Notes: generated by a model not told the origin, from the sequence alone. A DNA stretch of 64,000 nucleotides from Verrucomicrobiia bacterium (GCA_963664225.1 OY760937.1:3840001-3904000); one strand, 5' to 3'; numbered from the stretch's first letter, positions 20,203 through 31,992 are shown. Program-made: numbers and translations.

Positions 20203-21638
20203 ACAGCACTTTGGAATTGAAAACCAGGGCGGAAATCCTTGCGCCGCTCATCCCGAGTCGCGATTCGGACAAGTCGGACCCCATGGAACTGCGCTCCAGG
20301 AATTTCTCCTCCACGCGCAATGCCTGCAAGCTTTGCACACCGCTCGGCGCTTGTCTGGCCTTTCGCGGCGTGGAAGGTTGCATACCATTTCTGCACGGCT
20401 CGCAAGGTTGCTCTACATACATCCGACGCTATCTCATCAGCCATTTTCGGGAACCAATTGACATCGCCTCGTCGAATTTCCACGAGGAAAGCGCAATCTT
20501 CGGCGGCAGCAGCAATTTCACCCAGGGCGCGTTGAACATTCTCAGGCAATATCAGCCGCAATTGATCGGCGCGGCCACGACCTGCCTGGCCGAGACCATC
20601 GGCGAGAACATGCCCCAACTGATGCGGGAGGTGAAGGAGAAGCTCGGGGATCAACTCACCGCGCCCGTCGTTTACGTTTCCACGGCGAGCTATCGCGGCA
20701 CACACATTGACGGTTTTCATTCCGCAGTGAGGGAACTGGTGGCGCAGCTTGCGGTTGGCGGTGGAAAATCCAATTGCGTCGCCTTGTTCCCCGGGATGGT
20801 TTCCGCGGCAGACCTTCGTTACTTGAAGGAGATTCTCAGCGATTTCACCCTGCCGTTTACGCTGTTGCCCGATTATTCGGAAACCATGGATGGCGCGACC
20901 TGGTCTGAATACGAGAAACTCCAATCCGGCGGCACTAAAGTATCGGCCATACGAGAACTCGGGATGGTCAGGGCAGCCATCGAGTTTGGCCGTGTCCTCA
21001 CCGGCACACCCACCGCAGGAACCGTGCTGCATGACAAGTTTGCCATCCCGCATCGCCTTCTCGGTCTGCCCATCGGCATCCGCGAGAGCGACGCCTTCTT
21101 CGCGGCGCTGGAGGAAGCAAGCGGTTCCAGGACACCTATGAAACATCAGCGCGAGCGCGGACGTCTCGTGGACAGCTACATCGATGGACACAAATACTGT
21201 TTTGAGAAACGCGCCATTGTTTATGGCGAGGAGGATATGGTCATCGGCCTGACCTCGTTTCTTTGCGAGATCGGAGTCACACCAGTCCTGTGCGCGAGTG
21301 GCGGAAAGAGTCGCAAGTTTGAAAAATGCCTGCGCGCCGCCGTGCCGGAATTACCCGCGGGAACGCGCGTTGAGGAAGGCTTTGATTTCGCGGAAATGGA
21401 CGAGGCCGCTCCGGCGCTTAAACCTGATTTTCTGCTTGGCAACAGCAAGGGCTATTCATTGGCGCGCAAGTCCGGCATCCCGTTGATTCGTGTCGGCTTT
21501 CCGATTCATGATCGTATCGGCGGCCAGCGCGTGCTCCACCTGGGCTATCGCGGGGCGCAGGAATTATTCGATCGTATCGTCAATGCGTTGCTTGATGGCA
21601 AACAAGAAAACTCACCCGTTGGTTACAGCTACCTATGA
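20199..21638 (+). CDS. nifN: FeMo-cofactor scaffold NifN
   Basis: NACKLCTPLGA, HGSQGCSTYIRRYLISHFREP, GFPIHDRIGG. Confidence 0.93.
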   Translation: MNSTLELKTRAEILAPLIPSRDSDKSDPMELRSRNFSSTRNACKLCTPLGACLAFRGVEGCIPFLHGSQGCSTYIRRYLISHFREPIDIASSNFHEESAIFGGSSNFTQGALNILRQYQPQLIGAATTCLAETIGENMPQLMREVKEKLGDQLTAPVVYVSTASYRGTHIDGFHSAVRELVAQLAVGGGKSNCVALFPGMVSAADLRYLKEILSDFTLPFTLLPDYSETMDGATWSEYEKLQSGGTKVSAIRELGMVRAAIEFGRVLTGTPTAGTVLHDKFAIPHRLLGLPIGIRESDAFFAALEEASGSRTPMKHQRERGRLVDSYIDGHKYCFEKRAIVYGEEDMVIGLTSFLCEIGVTPVLCASGGKSRKFEKCLRAAVPELPAGTRVEEGFDFAEMDEAAPALKPDFLLGNSKGYSLARKSGIPLIRVGFPIHDRIGGQRVLHLGYRGAQELFDRIVNALLDGKQENSPVGYSYL

Positions 21639-22933
21639 ACACGACCACCGAAATTGATTTTGCAAACCATCCGTGTTTCAGCAAGGACGCCCATAAGAAA
21701 TATGGACGCATCCATCTGCCCGTCGCGCCGCGCTGCAACATTCAGTGCAATTTCTGCAATCGCAAATACTGCTGCATCAACGAAAGCCGCCCGGGTGTCA
21801 CCAGCACCGTGCTCACGCCGCAGCAGGCCCTCGCGTATCTCGACAATGTCATGACTAAGCGGCCGGAGATCACCGTTATGGGCATTGCCGGACCCGGTGA
21901 TCCATTTGCGAATCCCGAGGAAACGATGGAGACACTGCGTCTCGTCCGCCGGAAATATCCGAAAATGATTTTGTGCGTTGCTTCGAACGGTTTGAACGTT
22001 GGGCCGTATGTCGATGAAATGGCGGATTTGAAACTGAGCCATGTCACTCTCACAATCAACGCGATTGATCCGGCCATCGGCGCGGAAATATACGCCTGGG
22101 TTCGTGACGGCAAGCGGCCGATCCGTGGCCGGGAGGCCGCAGCCATATTGAACGCGCGGCAGATGGATGCGTTGGTGCGGCTGAAGTCGCGCGGGGTCAC
22201 CGTAAAGATCAATTCCATCATCATCCCCGGCGTCAACGATGACCACATCCCTGAGATTGCCAAAAAGGTTTCCGCGCTCGGGGCGGACATCATGAATTGC
22301 ATGCCGCTCGTGCCGGTGGCGGGCGCGGCGTTTGAAGGCGTGCCAGCGCCGGATACGCTCACCACCGCGCGTCTACGGCTCCAATGTGGCGTGCATCTGC
22401 CGCAGATGACGCACTGTGCCCGCTGCCGTGCGGATGCCGTCGGTTACATTGGCGAGGAAATGTCCGCAGAACAGCTCGCAGGCATCCAGAATTACGCAGC
22501 CATGAGCGCAAATTCCATTGAAGAACAGGTGCGCTCCTATGTTGCTGTGGCCACAATGGAAGGTGCGCTGGTGAATCAGCACCTGGGCGAGGCGGAGCGA
22601 TTTGTGGTTTATGAAATCAATCCGGAAAACACCGGCAGTTTCCGATTGAAGGAAATCCGGCAGGCCCCGGCGCCCGGTGGCGGCGATGCGCGATGGACCT
22701 CGCTGGCCGATTCTCTCAAGGATTGCCGTGCGCTGCTGGTCAATGCCGCCGGGCCCACCCCCATGAAAGTGCTCTCTCAGCACGGACTCAATGTGATCGA
22801 GATGGAAGGCTTGATCGACGAGGGACTGCGCGCAGTGTTCGCCGACCAGCCCATTCCCGCAGGAATGAAACGCCGATTCACCAGTTGCGGCGCAGGCGTG
22901 ACCTGCAAAGGCACCGGCACCGGCTGCGGTTGA
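21635..22933 (+). CDS. nifB: Radical SAM FeMo-cofactor biosynthesis protein with C-terminal NifX-like domain
   Basis: HPCF, CNIQCNFC, ESRPG, AGPGDP, CARCRADA, VNQHLGEA. Confidence 0.97.
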   Translation: MNTTTEIDFANHPCFSKDAHKKYGRIHLPVAPRCNIQCNFCNRKYCCINESRPGVTSTVLTPQQALAYLDNVMTKRPEITVMGIAGPGDPFANPEETMETLRLVRRKYPKMILCVASNGLNVGPYVDEMADLKLSHVTLTINAIDPAIGAEIYAWVRDGKRPIRGREAAAILNARQMDALVRLKSRGVTVKINSIIIPGVNDDHIPEIAKKVSALGADIMNCMPLVPVAGAAFEGVPAPDTLTTARLRLQCGVHLPQMTHCARCRADAVGYIGEEMSAEQLAGIQNYAAMSANSIEEQVRSYVAVATMEGALVNQHLGEAERFVVYEINPENTGSFRLKEIRQAPAPGGGDARWTSLADSLKDCRALLVNAAGPTPMKVLSQHGLNVIEMEGLIDEGLRAVFADQPIPAGMKRRFTSCGAGVTCKGTGTGCG

Positions 22934-22978
22934 ATTTGTTCCGAGCCATCAACGATTCATCATCAACCCCATAAAATC

Positions 22979-23281
22979 ATGACCAAACCAACTCATCATA
23001 TTTTCGTGTGTGGCAGCTTTCGCGCGACGGGCGCGCAGGGCGTCTGCCATAAAAAGGCATCGGCCCAACTGCTTCAATACTTCGAGCAGGAGGCCGGGGA
23101 CCGCGGCCTTGATGGCGTGATGGTCTCCAGCACCGGCTGCATGAAAGTCTGCGATAGCGGCCCGGTCGTCATCGTTTACCCGCAAAACGTCTGGTATAAG
23201 CAGGTGAACGAGGAAGTCGCGGATAAAATCCTCGACGCCATCGAGAATAATACCGTCGCGGAGGAACACGTCCTGGCGTGA
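22979..23281 (+). CDS. Thioredoxin-like [2Fe-2S] ferredoxin
   Basis: HHIFVC..GVC...[17 protein letters not shown]. Confidence 0.9.
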   Translation: MTKPTHHIFVCGSFRATGAQGVCHKKASAQLLQYFEQEAGDRGLDGVMVSSTGCMKVCDSGPVVIVYPQNVWYKQVNEEVADKILDAIENNTVAEEHVLA

Positions 23282-24435
23282 GTGCCACGCCTGCCATAAA
23301 GCCCTGGATCATTGACACCACGCTGCGCGATGGCGAGCAGGCGGCGGGCGTGGTGTTTTCACGCCAGGAAAAACTGGCCATCGCCACCGAACTGGCCCGC
23401 GCGGGCGTGCCGGAGCTCGAACTGGGCATCCCCGCGATGGGGCAGGGCGAGATCGCCGATATTAACGCCGTCTCCGATCTCGGCCTGCCGGTCAGGCTGA
23501 CCACATGGTGCCGCGCCACGCGTGAGGATCTCCAGGCCGCCACGCGGTGTCGGGTTCACGGCGCACATTTTTCGCTTCCGGTTTCCGAACTCCATTTGCG
23601 CGCCTGGAAGAAGGACCGCGCCTGGGTGCTGCGAACGCTGGTCAATCTGGCCGATGAATTCCACGGGCATTTTAAATTCCTGTCGGTTGGCGCACAGGAC
23701 GCCTCCCGTGCTGACCGCGAATTTCTCATTGAATTTGCACAAACCGCCGCTGGATTGGGCCTGTGCCGGTTGCGCATCGCCGACACCGTGGGCCTGCTGA
23801 ACCCACTGCAGACAGGCGATCTTTTTTGCGCGCTGCATGCCGCCGTGCCGAATCTGGATCTGGAATTCCACGGGCACAATGATCTCGGCATGGCCACGGC
23901 GAACACGATTGCCGCGCTGGCGTCCGGTGCGGAAGCAGCAAGTGTCACTGTCAACGGCCTCGGTGAACGCGCCGGCAACGCGCCGCTCGACGAGGTCGTC
24001 ATGGCCGCGCGATTAACCCTCGACCGAGATTGTGGCGTAAACACGCGGCTTCTTTCCAACTTGAGCGATTTTGTCGCCAGAGCTTCAGGAAGGCCGCTGC
24101 ACCCCGAAAAACCCATTGTGGGTACCGCTGTGTTCCGCCACGAATCGGGAATTCACTGCGGCGGACTTTTGGAGGAGTCGGCCACCTACGAGCCATTTGC
24201 CGCGGAAACGGTTGGCCACGCCCCGCGAGAGTTGGTTCTTGGCCATCATTCAGGAACGCGTTTGTTGAGCCGCGAGCTGGAACGGTTGAAACTGCAATTG
24301 CCACCGGAATGGTTCCCCGTGTTGTTGGAGAAAGTCCGCCAATTTGCCGCGTGTCAAAAATGCAATCTTTCCGAAAAACAATTTGAGCAAATCGTTCATA
24401 AACTGAAAAAAGAATATGGCCTTCCTGATTTATAA
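23278..24435 (+). CDS. nifV: Homocitrate synthase
   Basis: [36 protein letters not shown]; nif context. Confidence 0.9.
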   Translation: MSATPAIKPWIIDTTLRDGEQAAGVVFSRQEKLAIATELARAGVPELELGIPAMGQGEIADINAVSDLGLPVRLTTWCRATREDLQAATRCRVHGAHFSLPVSELHLRAWKKDRAWVLRTLVNLADEFHGHFKFLSVGAQDASRADREFLIEFAQTAAGLGLCRLRIADTVGLLNPLQTGDLFCALHAAVPNLDLEFHGHNDLGMATANTIAALASGAEAASVTVNGLGERAGNAPLDEVVMAARLTLDRDCGVNTRLLSNLSDFVARASGRPLHPEKPIVGTAVFRHESGIHCGGLLEESATYEPFAAETVGHAPRELVLGHHSGTRLLSRELERLKLQLPPEWFPVLLEKVRQFAACQKCNLSEKQFEQIVHKLKKEYGLPDL

Positions 24436-24925
24436 AAAGAGCCTGGCAGGTGCGAACATCCGCTACGAACGTCTCGAGTCGTTGAAACTTGGCGGACGCG
24501 AAGGCTGGATCGCCCGCCATGTAAAATCGCTGCCTGGCGGTGAGACCGGCAGTTGGAATCTGACACCGGCCACAATGCTGCAACGGGCGGGCTTTGCATC
24601 CGACAACGGTGAATCGACCATAATATTTGAAGCCACCGGTCGTGATGCCACGAGCATTTGTCTTTATGAATTGATCCGGATTCATGGCAGTTGCCGGGAT
24701 TCCTCCACACAACTCGCATTGGATTTTGACATCCTCGTGGATCAGAACTTTTCCGGTAACTTGGCAGAGTATTCCAGGCAATTTGAAATATTGGCGGGGC
24801 ACAAACCCAAAGTTCTCGGCGAAACCCTCGCGCTATCCGGTGGTCCGAGCGGCGGCGATTGGAAATGGACCGAGTCAGCGGTGAACCTTGGTGTCACCGT
24901 TGTCCCGGCCATGGGAGTGTCTTGA
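24416..24925 (+). CDS. Hypothetical protein, last gene of the nif operon
   Basis: 169-aa ORF overlapping the nifV stop by 20 nt; no motif recognised. Confidence 0.65.
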   Translation: MAFLIYKKSLAGANIRYERLESLKLGGREGWIARHVKSLPGGETGSWNLTPATMLQRAGFASDNGESTIIFEATGRDATSICLYELIRIHGSCRDSSTQLALDFDILVDQNFSGNLAEYSRQFEILAGHKPKVLGETLALSGGPSGGDWKWTESAVNLGVTVVPAMGVS

Positions 24926-25275
24926 AGGTTTTGAGTTCCCCCAATGCAACGCTGGTTTTCCACGGCGCAGCCTGAATCTGATTGAATTTCCAGGGCGCTG
25001 AGGTGTTGGTGACTGTGAAACTCATGGAGCTGCCGTTGAGAATTGCAGTGAAGGCATGGTCCGCCGACCTGAGTGCGGATGCGCTGAATAACCCCGCTGA
25101 ACATAACCCGTTTTGATTATAATTCCACGGGTCAGAAGCGGTTCGCGATCTGACTCTCAATCCTGGGATGGCAATACTGCGGTTCCAATCGCGTGTCTTG
25201 CGTGTCTCGCATCGCATGTCCTGCCCACCATCCCACGCTTGACAACCGCCATCAAACCCATGGCACACTGGAAAC

Positions 25276-27717
25276 ATGAATTCGCGCAACCTGGCATTGA
25301 TCCGTGTTCTTCTTTTTCTTCTGGCTTTTTCAATCGTCTGCTTAACCTCGGCGGGAGCGTCTGCGGATGCGCCGTTGCCCGCGCGGACCATTCTGGACTT
25401 CGACGACGGCTGGCGTTTTAGCAGGGGAGACTTTCCTTCAGCGATGTCCCCGGGCTTCAATGACGCTGGATGGCAACCGGTGAATGTGCCTCACGACTGG
25501 AGCAGCGAGGGACCGTTCAGCGCGGAATACGGCAGTGGCAATGGCTATGCTCCGGGCGGGATCGGTTGGTATCGCAAACACTTCAAGTTGGAAGCCGGCT
25601 ACACCAACAAGATTGTCGCGGTCGAGTTCGACGGCATTTATGATCACTCGGAAGTTTGGATCAACGGGCATTACATCGGCGGACGTCCGTACGGCTACTC
25701 GAGTTTTCAGTGCGTCCTGACACCGCTGGTGCGCTTTGGAGGCGAAAACGTAATTGCCGTGCGCGTGGACCATTCCCGGTATGCCGATTCGCGCTGGTAT
25801 ACCGGTTCGGGAATTTACCGTCATGTGCGGCTTCGCTTGACAGACAAGCTGCGCATCGCCCACTGGGGCACGTATGTCACCACGCCTGAGATAACATCAG
25901 ATTCCGCGACCGTGCGTGTGGAGACAACCATCGAAAACAGCACGGGCCAGCCCCAGTCTTTTTCTCTGGAGGAGCAAATCATTGCGCCTGACGGCCGCGC
26001 CATCGCGAGCATGGCTACATCAGGCGAGTTGGTGGACGGCACGAACCAAGTTGTGATTCAGACGATCAAGTTCGCCGGTCCGCAATTATGGTCTCCAGAC
26101 TCGCCAGTGCTTTACACACTTAAGAGCCGGTTGAGTAAGGGGGCTGCAGTCGCGGACGAAGCCGCAACGCGGTTTGGAATTCGCACGCTCCGTTTCGATC
26201 CCGACAAGGGCTTCTTTCTCAATGGGGTTTCGATGAAGCTCAAGGGTGTGTGCATTCACCACGATGCCGGCAGCTTGGGCGCTGCCGTGCCGGATAAGGT
26301 TCTCGAACGTCGTTTGCGCTTATTAAAGGAACTCGGCGTCAACGCCATCCGCACAAGCCATAATCCCCCTGCGCCGGAATTGCTTGATCTGTGCGACCGG
26401 CTCGGCCTGCTGGTCAAGGACGAGGCCTTTGATGAATTCACCCCCGCGAAAAATAAATGGGTTACTGGTCGCAACAACGGGGAACCGAGTCGCTTTGGCT
26501 ACGCGGAATTATTCAAAGAGTGGTCGGTGATCGACGTCTCAGACATGGTGCGTCGTGATCGTAATCATCCCAGTGTGATCATCTGGAGCATTGGCAATGA
26601 GATCGACTACCGCAACGATCCATTTTCCCATTCCGTTCTCGGGAACGAATACCGGCCCGGGAACCCTCCCGCGCAGGATCTGGTCACCTGCGCCCGACCG
26701 CTTATCGCCGCCATAAAGAAACTCGATCCCACGCGTCCCGTCACCGCGGCTTTGGCCACCGTGGCCATGTCGGATGCTGTGGGTTTTGGCGGGATGCTTG
26801 ACCTCGTTGGTTACAACTATCAGGAGTCGCGCTATGCCGCCGACCACCAGACTTACCCCAAGCGGTTTATTTTCGGCAGCGAAAACGGCGGTGGCTGGAC
26901 CCAATGGCTGGCCGTCCGAGACAACGACTACGTGGGCGGCCAGTTCCTCTGGACCGGGATTGATTATCTCGGCGAGGCCAATCGCTGGCCGAACCGCGGC
27001 AGCGGCGCGGGCTTGCTCGACCTGTGCGGCTTCAAGAAGCCCAGCGCATGGTTTCGTCAAAGCCTCTGGACCGATAAACCCATGGTGTATCTGGCCGTCA
27101 CCGGCGGCGGCAGCGATGGAGCGGGCCGGGGACGCGGCCTTTTTGGAGCGCAGGAGAGTTGGAACTGGCCATCGAACGCCACCGTCACCGTCCGCTGTTA
27201 TACGACCTGCCCGGAAGTCGTGTTGTATCTCAACGAAAAACCAGTCGGCACAAACCTCCTTGCCGAAGCGGTTCAGGGGGCGTTGACCTGGCCTCTTCCC
27301 TTCGAGTCGGGCACGCTCAAGGCTGTTGGTCGCAGGAATGGCAAAACCGAGTGTGAATTCACTTTGACGACCGCCGGACCTGCGGACCGGATTGAACTGC
27401 TTCCCGATGTGAGACAAATCCGTGCGGATGGCCGGGACATCTGCCATCTGGAGTTTCGAATTCTGGATGCTCAAGGCGTGCGCGTGCCAGATGCCGCATC
27501 AGAAGTGCGGTTTACCGTGGACGGCCCGGCGAAAATCATCGGCATCGACAACGGCGATCTGAACAACCCGGCGACCGGCAAGGATGGGGTGCGCAAAGCG
27601 AATCGAGGCCGGGGTCTGGCGATTGTGCAATCCACTGGTGAACCGGGCAAAATCCGGTTGACAGCCCGTGCGGAAGGCCTGAAGGAGTCAACGGTGGAAC
27701 TCGAAACCCAGCCGTGA
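25276..27717 (+). CDS. Glycoside hydrolase family 2 (beta-galactosidase-like)
   Basis: Signal peptide; VPHDW, SRWYTGSGIYR, NAIRTSHNPP, RDRNHPSVIIWSIGNE, WTGIDYLGE. Confidence 0.93.
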   Translation: MNSRNLALIRVLLFLLAFSIVCLTSAGASADAPLPARTILDFDDGWRFSRGDFPSAMSPGFNDAGWQPVNVPHDWSSEGPFSAEYGSGNGYAPGGIGWYRKHFKLEAGYTNKIVAVEFDGIYDHSEVWINGHYIGGRPYGYSSFQCVLTPLVRFGGENVIAVRVDHSRYADSRWYTGSGIYRHVRLRLTDKLRIAHWGTYVTTPEITSDSATVRVETTIENSTGQPQSFSLEEQIIAPDGRAIASMATSGELVDGTNQVVIQTIKFAGPQLWSPDSPVLYTLKSRLSKGAAVADEAATRFGIRTLRFDPDKGFFLNGVSMKLKGVCIHHDAGSLGAAVPDKVLERRLRLLKELGVNAIRTSHNPPAPELLDLCDRLGLLVKDEAFDEFTPAKNKWVTGRNNGEPSRFGYAELFKEWSVIDVSDMVRRDRNHPSVIIWSIGNEIDYRNDPFSHSVLGNEYRPGNPPAQDLVTCARPLIAAIKKLDPTRPVTAALATVAMSDAVGFGGMLDLVGYNYQESRYAADHQTYPKRFIFGSENGGGWTQWLAVRDNDYVGGQFLWTGIDYLGEANRWPNRGSGAGLLDLCGFKKPSAWFRQSLWTDKPMVYLAVTGGGSDGAGRGRGLFGAQESWNWPSNATVTVRCYTTCPEVVLYLNEKPVGTNLLAEAVQGALTWPLPFESGTLKAVGRRNGKTECEFTLTTAGPADRIELLPDVRQIRADGRDICHLEFRILDAQGVRVPDAASEVRFTVDGPAKIIGIDNGDLNNPATGKDGVRKANRGRGLAIVQSTGEPGKIRLTARAEGLKESTVELETQP

Positions 27718-27805
27718 GGACGGTTGAAGGCGCGTCCGTTGAAGTATTGAGTTTGCATGCGCGTGTTGAATTGAGAATAAAACTAATGTTAAAAGGAGTC
27801 TTGAA

Positions 27806-30145
27806 ATGAAATTTGTAATCGCTTTGCTGGCTTTGGCCAATCTGACGTTATCGGCTGCGGTTTCCTCAGTGCCCGATAAAGTTCCCTGCGCAATTCCCGA
27901 TCGGCAGGATTTTACGCAACCCGACCGTGTGCATCTGACGGGTTGGGTGGGCGGCCGCATCGCGGCCAACGAGGCCAATCGTCTCGTGAAAATCGATACC
28001 GGGCGCCTGCTGGAGGGGTACCGCAAACGTCCCGGACGCCAATCCTGGGATGGGGAACATGTGGGCAAATGGTTGCACGCGGCGACCCTTGCCTGGGCGA
28101 ACACTGGCGACCCCGCCTTGCGCGAGAAACTTGATATTACCGTCAAGGAATTGTGCAAATGCCAGCTTGAGGATGGCTATTTGGGGACGTATCTGGAGAA
28201 GGACCGTTGGACGGAATGGGATGTGTGGGCCCATAAATACAACCTGATCGGCCTGATCACCTACATGCGCTACACTGGCAATATGGAACCCTTGCCCACC
28301 TGCGAGCGCATGGGGGATCTGCTCTGCCGCACCTTTGGCGATGAACCGGGCAAACGCGATATCCTCAAGGCTGGCTGGCATGTGGGGCTGGCCCCGACCA
28401 GCGTGCTGGAGCCGATGGTGCTGCTCTATCGCATGACCGGTGAGGCTCGCTACCTGGATTTCTGCAAATACATCCTTCGCGCCTGGGAACAGCCCAACGG
28501 GCCGAAAATCGTTTCCACTCTGCTCACCCTCAAGCGTGTCGATAAGGTGGGCAACGGCAAGGCCTACGAGATGCTTTCCTGCCTCAATGGCGCCCTGGAA
28601 TATTACCGCACGGTGGGGGGCGACCGCCGACTTCTCGAGGCCTGTCTGAACGCGTGGCAGGATATTGTGAACAACAGGCTCTACATCACCGGCGCGGCCA
28701 GTTACGGCGAATTGTTCCACGATGACTTTGATTTCCCCAATGTGGCCAATGTCGGCGAGACCTGCGTGACAGTCACATGGTTACAGTTCAACGCGCAATT
28801 GCTGCGGTTGACTGGCGAGGCGAGATTCTCGGAACAACTCGAGCATGTGGTGCTGAACCAGTTGTTCGGCGCGCAAAAGTGCGATGGATCGGCCTGGGGA
28901 TATTACGTGCAGATGGAGGGCAAAAAGCCCTATAGCAGCACGCTCGACGGCCATTGCTGCCTCTCCAGCGGGCCACGCGGCGTTGCGCTGATTCCCACTT
29001 TCGCGGTCAGCACGGATGCCGACGGCGTGGTGGTGAATCTTTACGACTCTGGAAAAGCCAGCATGATCCTGCGAGATGGGGCGGTGGTGAACATTACCAC
29101 GAAAACGCTCTATCCGAGCGATAGTCGGATTCGCATTGCGATCGATCCTGTTGTGACGGGCGCCTTCGCCGTCAAGCTGCGGATACCTGCCTGGTGTCAG
29201 ACTTCCTCGGTGCAGGTAAACGGGAAGGTGGCAGAGTCCACACCCGGTGCGGACGGCTACGTCGCCATCAAACGTTCCTGGCACCAGGGTGACAAGGTGG
29301 AGCTTGACTTCAAACTTGAGCCAAAGGTGGTCGTCGGCGATCACAAGAACAATGGCAAGATCGCGGTTCTTTATGGTCCGCTGGTTTTGGCGGCGGATGA
29401 GGCGGTGTTGTCAGGACTTGGTCAGAAGATCGGCACTGTGGCCCTTGCAGGCGCCGACCTCGCGACGTTGGATATCAAACCAGAAGCCGCGCCAGAAAGC
29501 CTCCAAACATGGCCCGGCGCCCAAGTCTTCAGTGTCAACGCTGTGGCGCGCAAAGCCACTGCGAACGTTAAATCCGGATCGCCCGTGAGAATCCGGCTCA
29601 TACCCTTTGCAGACGCGGGCGGCACAGGATCGCCTTATCGGGTATGGCTGCCATTGCCACAGGCTGCCAGCTCAAGTCTGCTGAATTCCGGTAAGGAAAC
29701 CCGTTCTCGCCAGGGCAACGCAGAAGGTTCCATCAACGATGACGACACCACGTCTTTTGTTGTCACCTTCGACGGCCATCCCGCGACAGAGGATTGGTAT
29801 GCGGTCACGATGGACGAAGCCGTTCAGATAAATCGGGTGGTGTTTGTGCATGGCAAAACCTTTCACGATGGCGGTTGGTTTGACGCCAGCGCAGGCAAAC
29901 CCAGCATTCAGGTTCAGTTCACCAAAGACGGTCCGTGGGAAACCGTGGGCACGCTCAACGATTATCCATCTACGACTCCAACGATTGCGGCTGGGTTGAA
30001 CGGTGGAGAACGGTTCCTCTTGAAACTTGAGAAGCCCACCACGGTGTTCGGTGTCAAAATCGTTGGAAAACCTGCATCAGGCGATAATGCGCAACAGGCC
30101 TTTTCCTCCTGCGCCGAATTGCAAGCCCTGCTGGAAGACCGCTGA
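27806..30145 (+). CDS. GH127/GH146-like beta-L-arabinofuranosidase family protein with C-terminal beta-sandwich
   Basis: Signal peptide; GEHVGKWL, ETCVTV, HCC..SGPRG (Zn-Cys site), LRIPAW, YGPLVLA. Confidence 0.85.
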   Translation: MKFVIALLALANLTLSAAVSSVPDKVPCAIPDRQDFTQPDRVHLTGWVGGRIAANEANRLVKIDTGRLLEGYRKRPGRQSWDGEHVGKWLHAATLAWANTGDPALREKLDITVKELCKCQLEDGYLGTYLEKDRWTEWDVWAHKYNLIGLITYMRYTGNMEPLPTCERMGDLLCRTFGDEPGKRDILKAGWHVGLAPTSVLEPMVLLYRMTGEARYLDFCKYILRAWEQPNGPKIVSTLLTLKRVDKVGNGKAYEMLSCLNGALEYYRTVGGDRRLLEACLNAWQDIVNNRLYITGAASYGELFHDDFDFPNVANVGETCVTVTWLQFNAQLLRLTGEARFSEQLEHVVLNQLFGAQKCDGSAWGYYVQMEGKKPYSSTLDGHCCLSSGPRGVALIPTFAVSTDADGVVVNLYDSGKASMILRDGAVVNITTKTLYPSDSRIRIAIDPVVTGAFAVKLRIPAWCQTSSVQVNGKVAESTPGADGYVAIKRSWHQGDKVELDFKLEPKVVVGDHKNNGKIAVLYGPLVLAADEAVLSGLGQKIGTVALAGADLATLDIKPEAAPESLQTWPGAQVFSVNAVARKATANVKSGSPVRIRLIPFADAGGTGSPYRVWLPLPQAASSSLLNSGKETRSRQGNAEGSINDDDTTSFVVTFDGHPATEDWYAVTMDEAVQINRVVFVHGKTFHDGGWFDASAGKPSIQVQFTKDGPWETVGTLNDYPSTTPTIAAGLNGGERFLLKLEKPTTVFGVKIVGKPASGDNAQQAFSSCAELQALLEDR

Positions 30146-30443
30146 TAAACTATTAATAGGCGCATCGACACGGCTTATTTGGGCTCTGGGATGATTTGGT
30201 TTGGACATAACCAGAGCCCGCATCGATTGGATTTCACAACAGGAGGAATTCAGCACTCCCGACAACCTGGGGCGCGTCGTTTAAGTAAATGAACCAAACG
30301 GGTGCAGGACAAAATTCAGGAATCTGCTAAAAGCCTAAACCGTATGAACCCAGCCAGAACGCCAGTCGGCGGTGTGGGGCATTAAGTCCGGCGCGGTGGC
30401 AGCTCCTAAAGCGTGCAAAAAATCCAGGGCTCGCAATACTCCT

Positions 30444-30475
30444 CCTTCTCCTGGGGGAGAAGGTGGGGATGAGGG
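30444..30475 (-). repeat. Single REP-like hairpin, similar to those in the nuo arrays
   Basis: Minus strand CCCTCATCCCCA-CCTTCTCC-CCCA-GGAGAAGG; compare CCCTCACCCCGTA-CCCTCTCCC...GGGAGAGGG. Confidence 0.6.
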
Positions 30476-30705
30476 CGGTCGTCCTTTCATATCTGACTTT
30501 TGCCGGACCCTCAATCGGCTCCCGTCCATTCCCGAAACTCTAGCTATATTTATTTCGTATATACTCAAATGCCCTTTTAAAGGGCTTTTTCGCTTGCCGA
30601 AGAATTCTGTCATGCACCCGAACCAAACCGCGGCGACCGTTTTCTTTTTACTTTTTCCATGGTTCCCTCGACTATTGCTGGAAATCGAATTTGGGAGAAC
30701 CTGCA

Positions 30706-31992
30706 ATGAATAGACAACTCATCCACCCTCGCGACGAGATCATGCGCACGATGGAACGCATCTATCGGTATCGCATGACCACAACTTCCGGCGGAAACCT
30801 GTCGATTCACGAACCAGGTGGCGACATCTGGATCACACCTGCCCGGGTGGACAAGGGTAGTCTGACGCGCAATGACATCGTCCGTGTCACGCCCGAGGGC
30901 GTGGTGGACGGTCTGCATCCGCCGTCCTCAGAATTTCCATTTCATCAGGCGGTGTATGCCGCCCGGCCTGACATTCGCGCGGTGGTTCATGCGCACCCGG
31001 TTGCCCTGGTAGCGTTCAGCATCTGTCGCAAGACGCCCGACACGCGCTTGTTTCATCAGGCGCACTCCGTGTGCGGGCGGATCGGTTTCGCCCCTTATGC
31101 CTTGCCTGGCAGCGCGCAACTGGGACGCAACATCGCCCAGGCCTTCAAGGCTGGCTGTGACAGTGTCATTCTCGAGAATCACGGCGTGGTGGTTGGCGGC
31201 GAGTCTCTGTCGCACGCCTTCCAACGCTTCGAGGCCTTCGAGTTTGCGGCGAAAACGGTGATCAAGGGCCGGCAGATTGGGGAGGTGCGTTACCTGTCTG
31301 AGGCCCAACTCGAACAGGCGCACAACCGCAGTGTCGCTTTGGAATCCTTTGAGCCCGCCCCACCCAATGCCCAGGAACAGGAGTTGCGGAGGCAGTTGCA
31401 TCTGTTTATGCGCCGTGGCTGCCGCCAGCGTCTGTTCATCAGCACCGAAGGCAGTTTCTCCGCGCGACTCGGCGAGGATTCGTTTCTGATCACGCCAACC
31501 CAGCGGGATCGCGAATCCCTCGAGATTTCCGACTTCGTGCTGGTCCAGGGCAATCATCGTGAGACTGGCAAGAAGGCCAGCCGCGCCGCCTTCGCGCACC
31601 AGGCCATTTACCGCCGCCATCCGCACGTTCAGGCCATCGTTTTCGCTCATCCGGTCAACGCCACCGCCTTTAGCGTGACGGACTCTGTCTTCGATACCCG
31701 GACGATTCCCGAAAGTTACGTATTCCTCCGTGACGTGCGGCGCGTCCCTTATGGCATACAGTATCTGCACGACGGCAGCATTGCGGATTATGTGACTGCC
31801 GCCTCACCGGCCGCCATTCTGGAGAACGATGGAGTTTTGGTGACCGGGGCCAGCGTGCTGGACGCCTTTGACCGGCTCGAAGTGCTCGAATCCACGGCCG
31901 AAGCCGTCATCAACGCCCACGCGATCGGCGAAGTATCCGCCATGCCGGACGCTGTGATCTGCGAACTCCGTGCGGCATTTAAGATCGGATAA
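30706..31992 (+). CDS. Class II aldolase/adducin family protein with two tandem domains
   Basis: TSGGNLS, PSSE, VHAHP and ENHG in domain 1; EGSFS, FAHP and ENDG in domain 2. Confidence 0.9.
   Translation: MNRQLIHPRDEIMRTMERIYRYRMTTTSGGNLSIHEPGGDIWITPARVDKGSLTRNDIVRVTPEGVVDGLHPPSSEFPFHQAVYAARPDIRAVVHAHPVALVAFSICRKTPDTRLFHQAHSVCGRIGFAPYALPGSAQLGRNIAQAFKAGCDSVILENHGVVVGGESLSHAFQRFEAFEFAAKTVIKGRQIGEVRYLSEAQLEQAHNRSVALESFEPAPPNAQEQELRRQLHLFMRRGCRQRLFISTEGSFSARLGEDSFLITPTQRDRESLEISDFVLVQGNHRETGKKASRAAFAHQAIYRRHPHVQAIVFAHPVNATAFSVTDSVFDTRTIPESYVFLRDVRRVPYGIQYLHDGSIADYVTAASPAAILENDGVLVTGASVLDAFDRLEVLESTAEAVINAHAIGEVSAMPDAVICELRAAFKIG

Noticed and set aside
30372..30713. ORF crossing the lone REP hairpin and overlapping the aldolase start, as a third bridge ORF
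   Set aside because: Starts about 225 nt after the upstream stop, so it does not bridge the gap, and the hairpin is in the opposite orientation; compatible with chance
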